Assembly (NCBI GenBank): GCA_049509395.1 | Contig: JBEKZY010000040.1 | Location: 1 to 55,475 of the forward strand | Length of the DNA stretch: 55,475 bases | From: Thermoguttaceae bacterium | GTDB lineage: Bacteria > Planctomycetota > Planctomycetia > Pirellulales > Thermoguttaceae | Direction of reading: 5' to 3' | Position numbers and translations under genes: made by a program | Shown: positions 1 to 8,908 of the stretch, piece by piece | Numbering within the stretch: the first letter of the stretch is position 1 | Layout: each line of letters opens with the position of its first letter | The notes under the pieces: generated by a model | Databases searched by the model: none | Told to the model about the DNA's origin: nothing | What the model saw: the letters and a program-made list of their open reading frames with translations, nothing else

Positions 1-28
1 TTATTTTCCTTTTTTCCTCTTCTTACAC

Positions 29-631
29 TTATTTTTCCAAGGTTTCGATTTTTTGCCTCAGCCTCGCCATTATCCGGCTGCGGGCGATGTAAACGGCGCC
101 AACCGATATTTTTAACGTCTCGGCCGCTTCGGGCACGGGCTGATTCTCCACGCTGGTAAGCCAGAAGGCTTGCCAGGTGGTTTCACGAAACTCGTGGCGG
201 ATTTGTTCTGCCGCCCAGGCAAAGGCCTGACGTTTGTACTCCCGGTCGAAAACTGCCGAGTCTTCCACGTCCAATTCGCGCGGATCGGGCTGCTCGGCCA
301 ATAGTTTACGGATATCGCTGTTGCCGGCCCCGGTCGGATGCCGCCGCCGATAAGCCAGCCAGTTGATCATCATGTTTCTGGCTATGCGAAACAGCCAGCC
401 GCGAAAACTACCTCGCTGGGGGTCGGGGTCCCAGCGCTCGATGGCCGAGGCCACGGCCAGGAAAACTTCCTGGGTCAACTCCGATGCAACCGCATCTTGA
501 AAACCCTGGCTTCGAGCCATCCGAAACACGAGCGGTTGATATATAGTGTAAAATTCCTCCCAAGATTGCTGGTCTTGGAGATTACGGAGGCGCACCAATA
601 AACTTGGACGGGTCATAGGCGTGTCGTCCAT
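29..631 (-). CDS. ECF-type RNA polymerase sigma-70 family factor
   Basis: 200-aa ORF. It has sigma region 2-like (LVFRMARSQ, EVFLAV, RGWLFRIARN) and region 4 HTH-like (ETLKISVGAVYIARSRIMARLR) segments. Confidence 0.85.
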   Translation of the reverse strand: MDDTPMTRPSLLVRLRNLQDQQSWEEFYTIYQPLVFRMARSQGFQDAVASELTQEVFLAVASAIERWDPDPQRGSFRGWLFRIARNMMINWLAYRRRHPTGAGNSDIRKLLAEQPDPRELDVEDSAVFDREYKRQAFAWAAEQIRHEFRETTWQAFWLTSVENQPVPEAAETLKISVGAVYIARSRIMARLRQKIETLEK

Positions 632-936
632 CGGGTGTGCTCCTACCTATACCACAAGCCGGTTCGAGAAATCTTTCATTAAAAACATGTTAAAATTGGC
701 AGACTAAGCAAAATTATCCTGGAAAGTAAATGGTAAGGGCCATTCGTGGCCTCCTGAAGTATACATAATTGCCGATTTATCCGCAGGCCATGAAAATCCT
801 GAAAAAACGGTGCAACCGTTACTTGCGCTATGCCGATACGTTTCACATGCGCAAGCATTGTCGCTCTGCTCGCCCCCTGCCCCAAATTCGGGGGCGGTGT
901 ACAGAGCCAGACCCAATGACGTAGGAGCGAGATCCC

Positions 937-1269
937 ATGCAAGTTAAAGTCTATGTTCCAAAAATAATTGAGGTTCCCAGCGAGTATCTGCCCGCGCTGG
1001 CAAAACGTGCCGCCGATAGCCTGGGCGATCGCGCCACTGAAGTCTCGGCCACCCGAGGGCACTTGATTCGCCAGGCCGTCCAGGACGGCTTGTTGCGGGA
1101 GTTCGATCCCCTGATCGGCGAAGATGGAACGGTTGATTTGGTTTGCGATCCGGGCCTGGAGATTCCCCTGGAGCTGGAGAACAAAACGCTCAGCCTGGCC
1201 GAATTGCTGGAAGCGTTGCAGTACAGGCGGACCTGGGCCGAAGTAAAATCGGCTTCCGAAGCCGCGTAA
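937..1269 (+). CDS. hypothetical protein (110 aa)
   Basis: ATG ORF preceded by AGGAG about 10 nt upstream. The composition is balanced, whereas overlapping antisense ORFs are Arg/Ser-rich shadows. No recognisable domain. Confidence 0.45.
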   Translation: MQVKVYVPKIIEVPSEYLPALAKRAADSLGDRATEVSATRGHLIRQAVQDGLLREFDPLIGEDGTVDLVCDPGLEIPLELENKTLSLAELLEALQYRRTWAEVKSASEAA

Positions 1270-1401
1270 TCGTCCGTTGAATTTTGTGGGGGAGACGCAA
1301 CAAGCGCCGCCCCAATCAGCGGAATATCTTGAATTGGAACAAACGGTGCAACCGACCAACTTTCAGTTGGTGCCCGTCGCATCGCCTACGCTCACCTGCC
1401 T

Positions 1402-1884
1402 ATGACCGCTCGCGCGCAAAACACCATCTTGAAATCGCTCGTGCAACAGGAAATCGCTTCCAGCCGATCCGCATCTCCGCATTCGCCATTAAAGGTCGCG
1501 GAAATACCACGCCCGGAAAACGACGCCTGGTACGTAGTCGCCACCGACGGATCGACCAGCGTTATCACTTGTAAATCGGCTTGCAATGCGCCCAAGTCGA
1601 ACGGGCCCAATCAGGCAATTGCCGAAAATCACCCAAAGAATTTGAAAAACGGCAATGAATGCCCGCCCGATGAACACGAGGCCGGCGTCGATCTGTCTTG
1701 TCTGAATGTGGAAAAGGAAACGGTTTCCAAACTAATCGCCGGCATGCATGCCATAACAGTGGATGAAGCGGCGACTCATTTACGGTGTGAGATCGAGATG
1801 CCCTCGGCCAAAACTGACCTGCAAGAGATATTCAAAACCGACAACGTATGTGTGATCAGCCAGCCGAAGACCGCGGCTAAATGA
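1402..1884 (+). CDS. hypothetical protein (160 aa)
   Basis: ORF on the same strand directly after 937..1269. No recognisable motifs; coding status inferred only from length and composition. Confidence 0.35.
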   Translation: MTARAQNTILKSLVQQEIASSRSASPHSPLKVAEIPRPENDAWYVVATDGSTSVITCKSACNAPKSNGPNQAIAENHPKNLKNGNECPPDEHEAGVDLSCLNVEKETVSKLIAGMHAITVDEAATHLRCEIEMPSAKTDLQEIFKTDNVCVISQPKTAAK

Positions 1885-2757
1885 GGATTCGGAGTGCGGG
1901 GTTCTCTCAGGCTCCGAGTTCTGCATCCTGAGCCCCGAACACTGACCACTATTTTTCACGGTCGCCGCCGCGCTCGACTCTCCGCGTCCCGATTAGTATC
2001 GCGGCGGAAAGCAAAACTATTCCAAAGAAGGTCAAGGCAAGTATTGCCGGAATGAAGGATGCAGACATAAGTCATGTCGGTAGGCAAATTGTTGATATAA
2101 AAGTGGTAAATTTAAATGCCAGCGGCCGTATCTCAATTCTCCCGCTCTTATTTCTTCCCTGACTTCTTCCTTAGCGGTTGTCCAAGAATTAATTGCGATG
2201 CAGGCCACTCGCCTGCCGGAGGCAACCAGGACAGTTGCACCATAAAACACCAAACTAATGTTTGGACAGCCGCTTAAGCCCGTGGCAATAATAATAACCG
2301 GCAATGTCATCGGCTGGTAAATCGGATCGGCTATACCTCTTTAAATGGGCTTTATGTATTGCGTTCAATCAACCAAGTCAACGTATTCGTTAAACTTCGA
2401 CTGAATGCCGAGCCTGGAAAACATTGGCGTTTATGGGGGTAATTACCCCATTATTTTCACAGCCCGGATTGAATCTATTCTTTCAACCAACCTCTTTTTC
2501 TATAGTTCTTCTCTTTAGGACATAAAAAGTACATATAACTGTTCATTTGTTATATTGACTTGTGTATAGTAAGTGCTAATCTGCTGTTGCTATGTACGCA
2601 TGTGCACATTTTCTGGGGAGGAATCTCACTGCCGCTAATCTGAACACAGGGCTTGATTCCAAGGGCGTATGATTCGGCCGCTATTGGCGATCAAGGGGCA
2701 TCGATCTTGAGGAATTACTCATTTTTTTAAGGGAATAAATGCCAAGGAGCTTTCGCA

Positions 2758-3042
2758 ATGATTGCCAGTGACATTGTCAAGGAAATCCGGCAGATGTTGG
2801 TTGAGGGCAGTTTATCTCAACGAGCGATTGCCGACCGGATGGGCGTGAGCCGAGGAACGGTTTGTGCCATTGCCCAAGGCAAGCGCCGCGATTATCCACC
2901 GCGGTTTTTTCGGATGGATATGCATTTCATTCCGCCCGCAGGCCAGCCGGTTCGCTGCTCCGGCTGCGGAGGTTTAGTGCAGATGCCTTGTTTGGCATGT
3001 TACATCAGGCAGTGGAGACGCAGGCGGGAAAAAATCGCTTAG
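2758..3042 (+). CDS. small HTH protein with C-terminal CxxC..CxxC zinc-ribbon-like motif
   Basis: 94-aa ORF with AAGGAG 9 nt upstream of the ATG. It has an HTH-like segment (LSQRAIADRMGVSRGTVCAIAQG) and paired cysteines (CSGCGG..MPCLAC). Confidence 0.55.
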   Translation: MIASDIVKEIRQMLVEGSLSQRAIADRMGVSRGTVCAIAQGKRRDYPPRFFRMDMHFIPPAGQPVRCSGCGGLVQMPCLACYIRQWRRRREKIA

Positions 3043-3090
3043 AACAAAACGAAAACAGGGCGGATAATAATTATTTCGCCTTGATTTTAC

Positions 3091-4713
3091 TCAATCCACG
3101 CAATTTCCTTCGGTTATCATGGATTGATTATAGGCGCCGCAACTTTTGCCGGAATCGGCGTACCGGGCGTAGGCCAACAAGTCATCGACCAGACCCTGCA
3201 TACCCGTCGCTCCGCCGACAACACAAGGCATTAGGTCTTCGTTGTCGTCTTGCAGGTGCAGTTGCAGTTGGGAAACCTGAACGGACAGTTGCCGGGTGGT
3301 TTCATCCAGATACTCACGAGAATGGTGCGGATCGTTGTTCGTAGGCGCCCCTGCGTCTTGTTCGTTCTGGAGGAGATCCTTGCTAAGCACCAAATTGCGG
3401 AACAGCCTCAACAAGGTCCCCCGGCTTATGGTGCCGGTGGGGCATCCGTCTTTGACAATTACGATACGCCGCATTGCCACTCGGCAGAGGAATTCATAGA
3501 TCGTACGGGCGGGCGTGTCTTCTTCATAAGTTATGACGTTGGGTCTCAGAACGCTGGAAACCGGATGTTTCCAGCAATTCAACGATATCATGGCGGCCAT
3601 CAGATCTTTTTCCGAAAGCATGCCCACAAGTTTGCCCTGGACATCGACGACGGGCGTGGAATTGATGCGGGAACAAATAAAGAATTCGGCAGCCTGGCCA
3701 ATCGTCTTGTCTGCCCGCAGACACACGACCATGGGCGTCATGATATGCCGCGCCAGGATGCCTTTGAATAGATCGGTTTCAGTGGTTACCAGTTCCAGTT
3801 CTCCCGCATCGCTGAGCGACTCGTAACGGACCACGCGATCACGCCCGGTTCGCTTCGCGCAAAGCAGGGCCTGGTCCGCTTCATCGACAAGGGCTTCAGG
3901 CGAATGCGTATCGTCGTGCCGCTGCGACACGCCGAAGCTGCCGCTTATGCGGATATGTTTATCGCCCACGGGGATCTGTAATTCCGACATTTTTAGGCGG
4001 ACGCGTTCGGCCCAAGCCCTGGCATCGGTTTCGTTGGCTTCGGGCAAGAGGATGCAGAATTCCTCGCCGCCGTATCGGCAAACGGAATCGCTGCGGCGGC
4101 TGCTTTCCAGCAGCAATTCGGCGACGCTCTTTAAAACGGCGTCGCCGGCCTGGTGGCCGTGGATGTCGTTGATCTGCTTGAAGAAATCCAAGTCCAGCAT
4201 CACGCATGAGAGCGACGTTTGATATCGCTTCGCCCGATACCACTCCTTCCCCAAGATGTCATAAAAGGTCCTCTGAGTCATCAGTCCGGTCAAGGGATCG
4301 GTATGAGCCATCAAATTCAGCCGCCGCTCCAGTTCCAAGACCCGCGATCCCGCGCGCATCCGTGCCAGCAGCTCTTCTTGATATACAGGCTTGCAAAGAA
4401 ACTCGTCCGCTCCGATTTCCAACCCCTCGATCATCTCCTGCGAGGCCGACTTCACCGTGAGGAACATGATGAAAACGTAATGCGGCAGGTCAAGATCGCG
4501 GAGCCTGCGGCAAAGCTCCAGCCCGTCCATGTTGGGCATTTCCCAGTCGGTGATCACAAAATCCGGACAATCGACATCAATCATCGCCAACGCTTGCAAT
4601 CCGTCGGATGCCACTCGCGTTGCGTAGCCCCCTTTTTCCAACCATCGCGAAAGCATGCGCAGCATGGCCGGATCATCGTCGACTACCAGCACTTTGGAGT
4701 TGGTCTGGTCCAT
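3091..4713 (-). CDS. response regulator receiver - GGDEF diguanylate cyclase - tandem CBS domain protein
   Basis: 540 aa. REC signature (VLVVDDDP, DWEMPNMDG), GGDEF domain with RYGGEEFCILL, and C-terminal CBS-like pairs (VVDVQGKLVGMLSEKDL, IVIVKDGCPTGTISRGTLL). Confidence 0.9.
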   Translation of the reverse strand: MDQTNSKVLVVDDDPAMLRMLSRWLEKGGYATRVASDGLQALAMIDVDCPDFVITDWEMPNMDGLELCRRLRDLDLPHYVFIMFLTVKSASQEMIEGLEIGADEFLCKPVYQEELLARMRAGSRVLELERRLNLMAHTDPLTGLMTQRTFYDILGKEWYRAKRYQTSLSCVMLDLDFFKQINDIHGHQAGDAVLKSVAELLLESSRRSDSVCRYGGEEFCILLPEANETDARAWAERVRLKMSELQIPVGDKHIRISGSFGVSQRHDDTHSPEALVDEADQALLCAKRTGRDRVVRYESLSDAGELELVTTETDLFKGILARHIMTPMVVCLRADKTIGQAAEFFICSRINSTPVVDVQGKLVGMLSEKDLMAAMISLNCWKHPVSSVLRPNVITYEEDTPARTIYEFLCRVAMRRIVIVKDGCPTGTISRGTLLRLFRNLVLSKDLLQNEQDAGAPTNNDPHHSREYLDETTRQLSVQVSQLQLHLQDDNEDLMPCVVGGATGMQGLVDDLLAYARYADSGKSCGAYNQSMITEGNCVD

Positions 4714-5183
4714 GTAATTACCGAGTAGTTTCCGGAGCCGATCTAGTTGTTACGCCAAATAACATAAGAGGCCCCCCAATCTAATCCGTGGAATAACGAT
4801 CCGCATCTTTTCAAGATTAGCTTGAGCAAAGCACAAAAAACGCGGTTTTCCCCTTAAAAAATGCAAACAGCCGTTCTCCGCCCCTATTTTCCGCTTTCTC
4901 CGCGGAATCGTTAATACTGTTTTTTAGGGTAAGTCAGCAGCATTTACCGGCACGGAACATATCGAAAGGCCGCCCCTGCCACCCGGACAGCGGGGGGCGA
5001 ACCAAACAAATTCCCGGCAATAAAAAATGCCCTGTGGATAATTCACATTCAAAACCCTTTTTACGACCGGCCCGAAAACGCTATACTGCGTCTATAAAAG
5101 ATTTTTATAGTCGTAAAAATCCGATACCTAGCAGCCCGGCGCTAATGCCGGGATCATTTTCTCAGCTTCAATCCAAAATTCCC

Positions 5184-6653
5184 ATGAACGAACCTTATAC
5201 CATCGTCATCGGTCTGGAAGTGCACGTGCAGTTGCTTGCCGAGAGCAAGATGTTTTGCGCCTGCAGCACCAAATTCGGCGCGCCGCCCAACACGCAAACC
5301 TGTCCGGTGTGCATAGGCATGCCGGGCACGCTGCCGGTACTGAACCGCAAGGCCTTCGAGTTGTCTTTAAAAACCGCCATCGCCCTGAATTGCGCAATTC
5401 CGCACTTCACCAAATGGGATCGGAAAAATTATTATTATCCCGACCTGCCCAAGGGTTATCAGATCAGCCAGTACGATCTGCCCTTGAGCCACGACGGTTA
5501 TTTGACCATCTCCGATCCAAAGGGGCGCATCGAAGCAAAGCGAATCGGCATTATCCGCGCACATTTGGAGGAAGACGCCGGCAAAAGCATGCACGACGAA
5601 GTGGCGGGCAAGGCAGACAGCCGCATCGATCTGAACAGGGCGGGCACTCCGCTTTTGGAGATCGTCAGCCAGCCCGATCTCCGCTCGCCCGCCGAGGCCA
5701 AGGCATACCTGACCGAACTGAAACTGCTGCTGAACTACCTGGGCGTTTCCGACTGCAACATGCAGGAGGGCAGTCTGCGCGTGGACGCCAATATCAACCT
5801 GCACATCGATACGCCGCAAGGAAAAATCGCCACGCCCATCGTGGAAGTGAAAAACATGAACAGTTTCCGCGCGGTCGAACGGGCCTTGGCCTACGAAGCC
5901 CAGCGCCAGTATCGCGTGTGGCAAGAGACCGGACACAAACTGGGCGACGTGCCCAAATCGACCCGCGGCTGGGACGAGGCCGGGCAAATCACCCACGAAC
6001 AACGCTCCAAGGAAGAATCCAGCGACTACCGTTATTTTCCCGATCCCGACCTGGTGCCGGTCACGGTTACCGACGAGGAAATCCAACGGATCCGCGCATC
6101 ACTGGGCGAATTGCCCGCCGATCTGCGGACCCGCCTGGAAAACACCTACGGCATTACGCCCTACGACAGCGACGTGCTTGTAAACCAAGGCCGGGCGCTG
6201 GTGGATTATTACATCGAACTGGCCGATGCCTGCGGCGACGGCAAAATGGCCGGCAATTGGATGCAGCAAGACGTGCTCCGCGTGCTCAACGAACAGCAGA
6301 TCGAGATCTCGAAATATCCGCTGCGGCCCAAGGCATTGGCCGAACTCTTAAACGAAGTCCGCGCCGGCAAACTCGACACCAGCCGAGGGCGCGAAGTGCT
6401 GGCCGACATGCTCTCATCCGGCCGTTCGGTTGCCGAGTCGGTTAAAAGCCTGGGCATAGAGCAAGTCGACGAATCGGCCCTGGTCGATCTGTGCCGCGAA
6501 GTGCTGGCGGCCAATCCCAAAATCGTCGCCGAAGTAAAAGAAGGCAAGCAAAAAGGCGTCGGACAACTCATCGGCCAGGCCAAAAAGAAAAATCCCAACG
6601 TCAACCCCAACCGCGTGCGTGAAATCTGCCTGGAATTGATCGAGACAATGTAG
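5184..6653 (+). CDS. gatB: Asp-tRNA(Asn)/Glu-tRNA(Gln) amidotransferase subunit B
   Basis: Canonical GatB N-terminus starts at the ATG at 5184 (MNEPYTIVIGLEVHVQL, CPVCIGMPGTLPVLN, DRKNYYYPDLPKGYQISQ). The upstream GTG at 5034 only adds a non-homologous extension. Confidence 0.95.
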   Translation: MNEPYTIVIGLEVHVQLLAESKMFCACSTKFGAPPNTQTCPVCIGMPGTLPVLNRKAFELSLKTAIALNCAIPHFTKWDRKNYYYPDLPKGYQISQYDLPLSHDGYLTISDPKGRIEAKRIGIIRAHLEEDAGKSMHDEVAGKADSRIDLNRAGTPLLEIVSQPDLRSPAEAKAYLTELKLLLNYLGVSDCNMQEGSLRVDANINLHIDTPQGKIATPIVEVKNMNSFRAVERALAYEAQRQYRVWQETGHKLGDVPKSTRGWDEAGQITHEQRSKEESSDYRYFPDPDLVPVTVTDEEIQRIRASLGELPADLRTRLENTYGITPYDSDVLVNQGRALVDYYIELADACGDGKMAGNWMQQDVLRVLNEQQIEISKYPLRPKALAELLNEVRAGKLDTSRGREVLADMLSSGRSVAESVKSLGIEQVDESALVDLCREVLAANPKIVAEVKEGKQKGVGQLIGQAKKKNPNVNPNRVREICLELIETM

Positions 6654-6725
6654 GGAATAGGAAAATCATGAAAAGCAAACCTCCCATTGAATAATTATTG
6701 GATGAGGCTTATCTAGGAAGAAAAT

Positions 6726-7196
6726 ATGACATCTATTTCAGACATTCGGCATATTGGCAAAGATATCTTCGCAGTATTAGGTGAGCTGGCATGCAAATTT
6801 GCATCGCTTGAATTCGCCATGAGCGAGATTTTGGCACGCCTTGTATATCCCGAGAATCCTTATATTGTGGATATTCTCACACCTAGTCTTCCCTTCTCAG
6901 CGAATATTGATCGAATAAAAAAATTTAGTAATATTCGTTTGCAGAACAATAGACTTAAGTCAAAATTACATGTTTTCATTAATGATGCTGAAAATTTTCG
7001 TTTTTATAGGAATTTTTTCTTTTATGGATTGTGTTTTTTGTATGTACCAGAACAAACATTTACAATTGATGAACTTTTATCATATGCGGACATTATAGGT
7101 GAATTAGTTACTTTAGGATTTCGGATAGTACAAGAACTTGACAGCACTGCAATGATTCGCAATCATATAAAACCTCTTAAAATTAATATCGAATAG
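6726..7196 (+). CDS. orphan hypothetical protein in AT-rich islet
   Basis: 156-aa ORF in a markedly AT-rich stretch between gatB and pfk. No recognisable domain. Confidence 0.35.
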   Translation: MTSISDIRHIGKDIFAVLGELACKFASLEFAMSEILARLVYPENPYIVDILTPSLPFSANIDRIKKFSNIRLQNNRLKSKLHVFINDAENFRFYRNFFFYGLCFLYVPEQTFTIDELLSYADIIGELVTLGFRIVQELDSTAMIRNHIKPLKINIE

Positions 7197-7246
7197 CAAT
7201 ATCAGTTATAAAAGATTTCCAACATATAGATCCATCTGATTTGGTT

Positions 7247-7276
7247 AGGTGACCCAGTTCTCGAACCTGGGCTGTA
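7247..7276. repeat. degenerate solo terminus of the GGGTAGC/GGTTCTTGAACC MITE-like family
   Basis: AGGTGACCCAGTTCTCGAACCTGGGCTGTA resembles the CCCAGGTTCAAGAACCTGGGCTACCC termini seen at 16996-17022 and 21252-21277. Confidence 0.5.
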
Positions 7277-7358
7277 TGTTCATAGGAGGCAAATGAAGAT
7301 CGTTGATTCTTTGTCCTGTTCCCTGTGGATTTCGTTTTCACTGACGGTCACATGGCTT

Positions 7359-7417
7359 TAAGGTCACAATTTGTGACCTTAGACACCCCACCTTTAAGGT
7401 CGCAAAATGCGACCTTA
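7359..7417. repeat. two tandem palindromes, probably relics of an ORF6N-type gene
   Basis: TAAGGTCACAAtTTGTGACCTTA (7359-7381) and TAAGGTCGCAaaaTGCGACCTTA (7395-7417). The same GGTCACAATTTGTGACC core lies inside the intact ORF6N gene at 28555-28575, where it encodes LRSQIVTS. Here the plus-strand frame reads LRSQFVTL..LRSQNATLGWKRGERW. Confidence 0.45.
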
Positions 7418-7489
7418 GGTTGGAAAAGGGGGGAAAGATGGCATTCCGCTTTTATGGAATAATCCCGGCCAAATGCATATGCGGTTGCT

Positions 7490-8611
7490 TCAGATGCCGA
7501 AGCTTGTGCCTACCAGCCGGGCGGATTGGAGCAGGGGATGGTCTTTTGGGACGAGATTTTTTTTGCCGGCCACGTCTTCCAGCGGCACTGGGGCGAAATT
7601 ATCGCCCCGGGCGGCGATCATCACGCCAGTGACGCCTTGGCTCAATAACTCGGCGCAATGCGTGCCTAAGCGGGTGGCCAGCAGGCGGTCGGCGGCGGAG
7701 GGAGTGCCGCCGCGCTGGAGGTGGCCGAGGATCGTCAAGCGGGATTCCTGGCCGGTGAGGGTTTCGAGCTGTTCGGTCAGGCGCATGGTATGTTCGAGGT
7801 GGCGTTGATGCACTTCCTTGAGTTGTTCGGAGGCCTTTTTCTTGTCTGTTTTGGACTTTGCCGTGCTCTTTTCTTCGAGCATTTTTTTGACCAGCCCGAC
7901 GTCTTCGACGGACATCGCGCCCTCGGCCACGACGATGATGCTGAAGTGTTTTCCGGCCCGGGCCCGATCACGGACGGAGTCGGCCACACGTTTAAGATCA
8001 TAGGGGATTTCGGGGATGAGGATGACGTCGGCCCCGCCGGAGATGCCTGCGCACAGGGCCAGCCATCCGGCCCGGTGGCCCATGACCTCGACCACGATGA
8101 TGCGGTTGTGGCTGGTAGCCGTGGAATGCAGGCGGTCGACGGCCTCGGTGGCGATGCCCACGGCGGTGTCGAAGCCGATGGAGATGTCGGTGCCGGCGAT
8201 GTCGTTGTCGATGGTCTTGGGCAGGGTGACGACGTTGAGGCCGGCCTGTTTCAGGCGTAGGGCGTTTTTTTGCGTGCCGCCGCCGCCGATGCAAATCAGC
8301 GCGTCGAGATGGTGGCGCTTATAGGTTTCGACGATCGCGCCGGTCATGTCGCGAATCTCGCCGCCGATGGGCATTTGATGCGGCTTGTCGCGGCTGGTGC
8401 CCAGGATTGTCCCGCCGTCGGTGAGGATGCCCGAGAGCATGCCGGGCTCCAAGGGCATGGTGCGGTCGTGAACCAGTCCGCGAAACCCGTCGCGGAACCC
8501 GATCAACTCCATTTTGAATGGATCGCGGGCGGCCTTGCCCACTCCGCGTATGGCCGCATTCAATCCCGGACAATCGCCGCCGCTGGTTAGAATTCCGATA
8601 TGCTTGAACAT
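7490..8611 (-). CDS. pfkA: 6-phosphofructokinase (ATP- or PPi-dependent)
   Basis: PFK signatures [33 protein letters not shown] and LGHLQRGG. The start is taken at MFKHIG (8611) because the longer ORF start at 8656 lies inside a repeat element. Confidence 0.9.
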   Translation of the reverse strand: MFKHIGILTSGGDCPGLNAAIRGVGKAARDPFKMELIGFRDGFRGLVHDRTMPLEPGMLSGILTDGGTILGTSRDKPHQMPIGGEIRDMTGAIVETYKRHHLDALICIGGGGTQKNALRLKQAGLNVVTLPKTIDNDIAGTDISIGFDTAVGIATEAVDRLHSTATSHNRIIVVEVMGHRAGWLALCAGISGGADVILIPEIPYDLKRVADSVRDRARAGKHFSIIVVAEGAMSVEDVGLVKKMLEEKSTAKSKTDKKKASEQLKEVHQRHLEHTMRLTEQLETLTGQESRLTILGHLQRGGTPSAADRLLATRLGTHCAELLSQGVTGVMIAARGDNFAPVPLEDVAGKKNLVPKDHPLLQSARLVGTSFGI

Positions 8612-8646
8612 AATTTTATAGTTTAATGTTGCAGTTGTGCAAATAA

Positions 8647-8842
8647 GGGGTAGCACCAGTTCTTGAACCGGTGCGGCATGCCGCGAGAGGTCGAATAGAA
8701 TTATTCCACTCGCTTAATTTGGATCCTTTTTAACTATCGATGATTTTGGTATGCGAATGAATGACTCAATTATATCCATATTAACTTCTACCACAACCTC
8801 TTGCGACTCCTTCGCACCGGTTCAAGAACCGGTGCTACCACC
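8647..8842. mobile_element. MITE-like element, long variant with AT-rich core
   Basis: GGGGTAGCACCAGTTCTTGAACCGGTGCG at the left end and CGCACCGGTTCAAGAACCGGTGCTACCAC at the right end are inverted repeats. The subterminal CCTCTTGCG is shared with copies at 16904-17022 and 21172-21277. Confidence 0.7.
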
Positions 8843-8908
8843 TGATTCAAAATACCGTAGAATATAGTCGAGGTAAAACAGTTTTTACTATTTTGGTTAT
8901 GCCCGCAC

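Noticed and set aside
1885-1966. Possible terminator after ORF 1402..1884
   Set aside because: Several short competing stems (TCGGAG/CTCCGA, CTCAGG/CCTGAG) are present but no single stable hairpin. The T-run is displaced from them.
2032-2310. 92-aa minus-strand ORF in the AT-rich gap
   Set aside because: It has no recognisable motif or ribosome-binding site and lies in a compositionally atypical region. Evidence is insufficient to call a gene.
5034-5183. GTG-initiated 50-aa N-terminal extension of gatB
   Set aside because: The extension has no GatB homology. The canonical N-terminus starts at the ATG at 5184.
5255-6445. 396-aa ORF inside gatB in another frame
   Set aside because: It is extremely Arg/Gly/Pro-rich and fully embedded in a confidently identified gene. 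This is a typical GC-rich shadow ORF.
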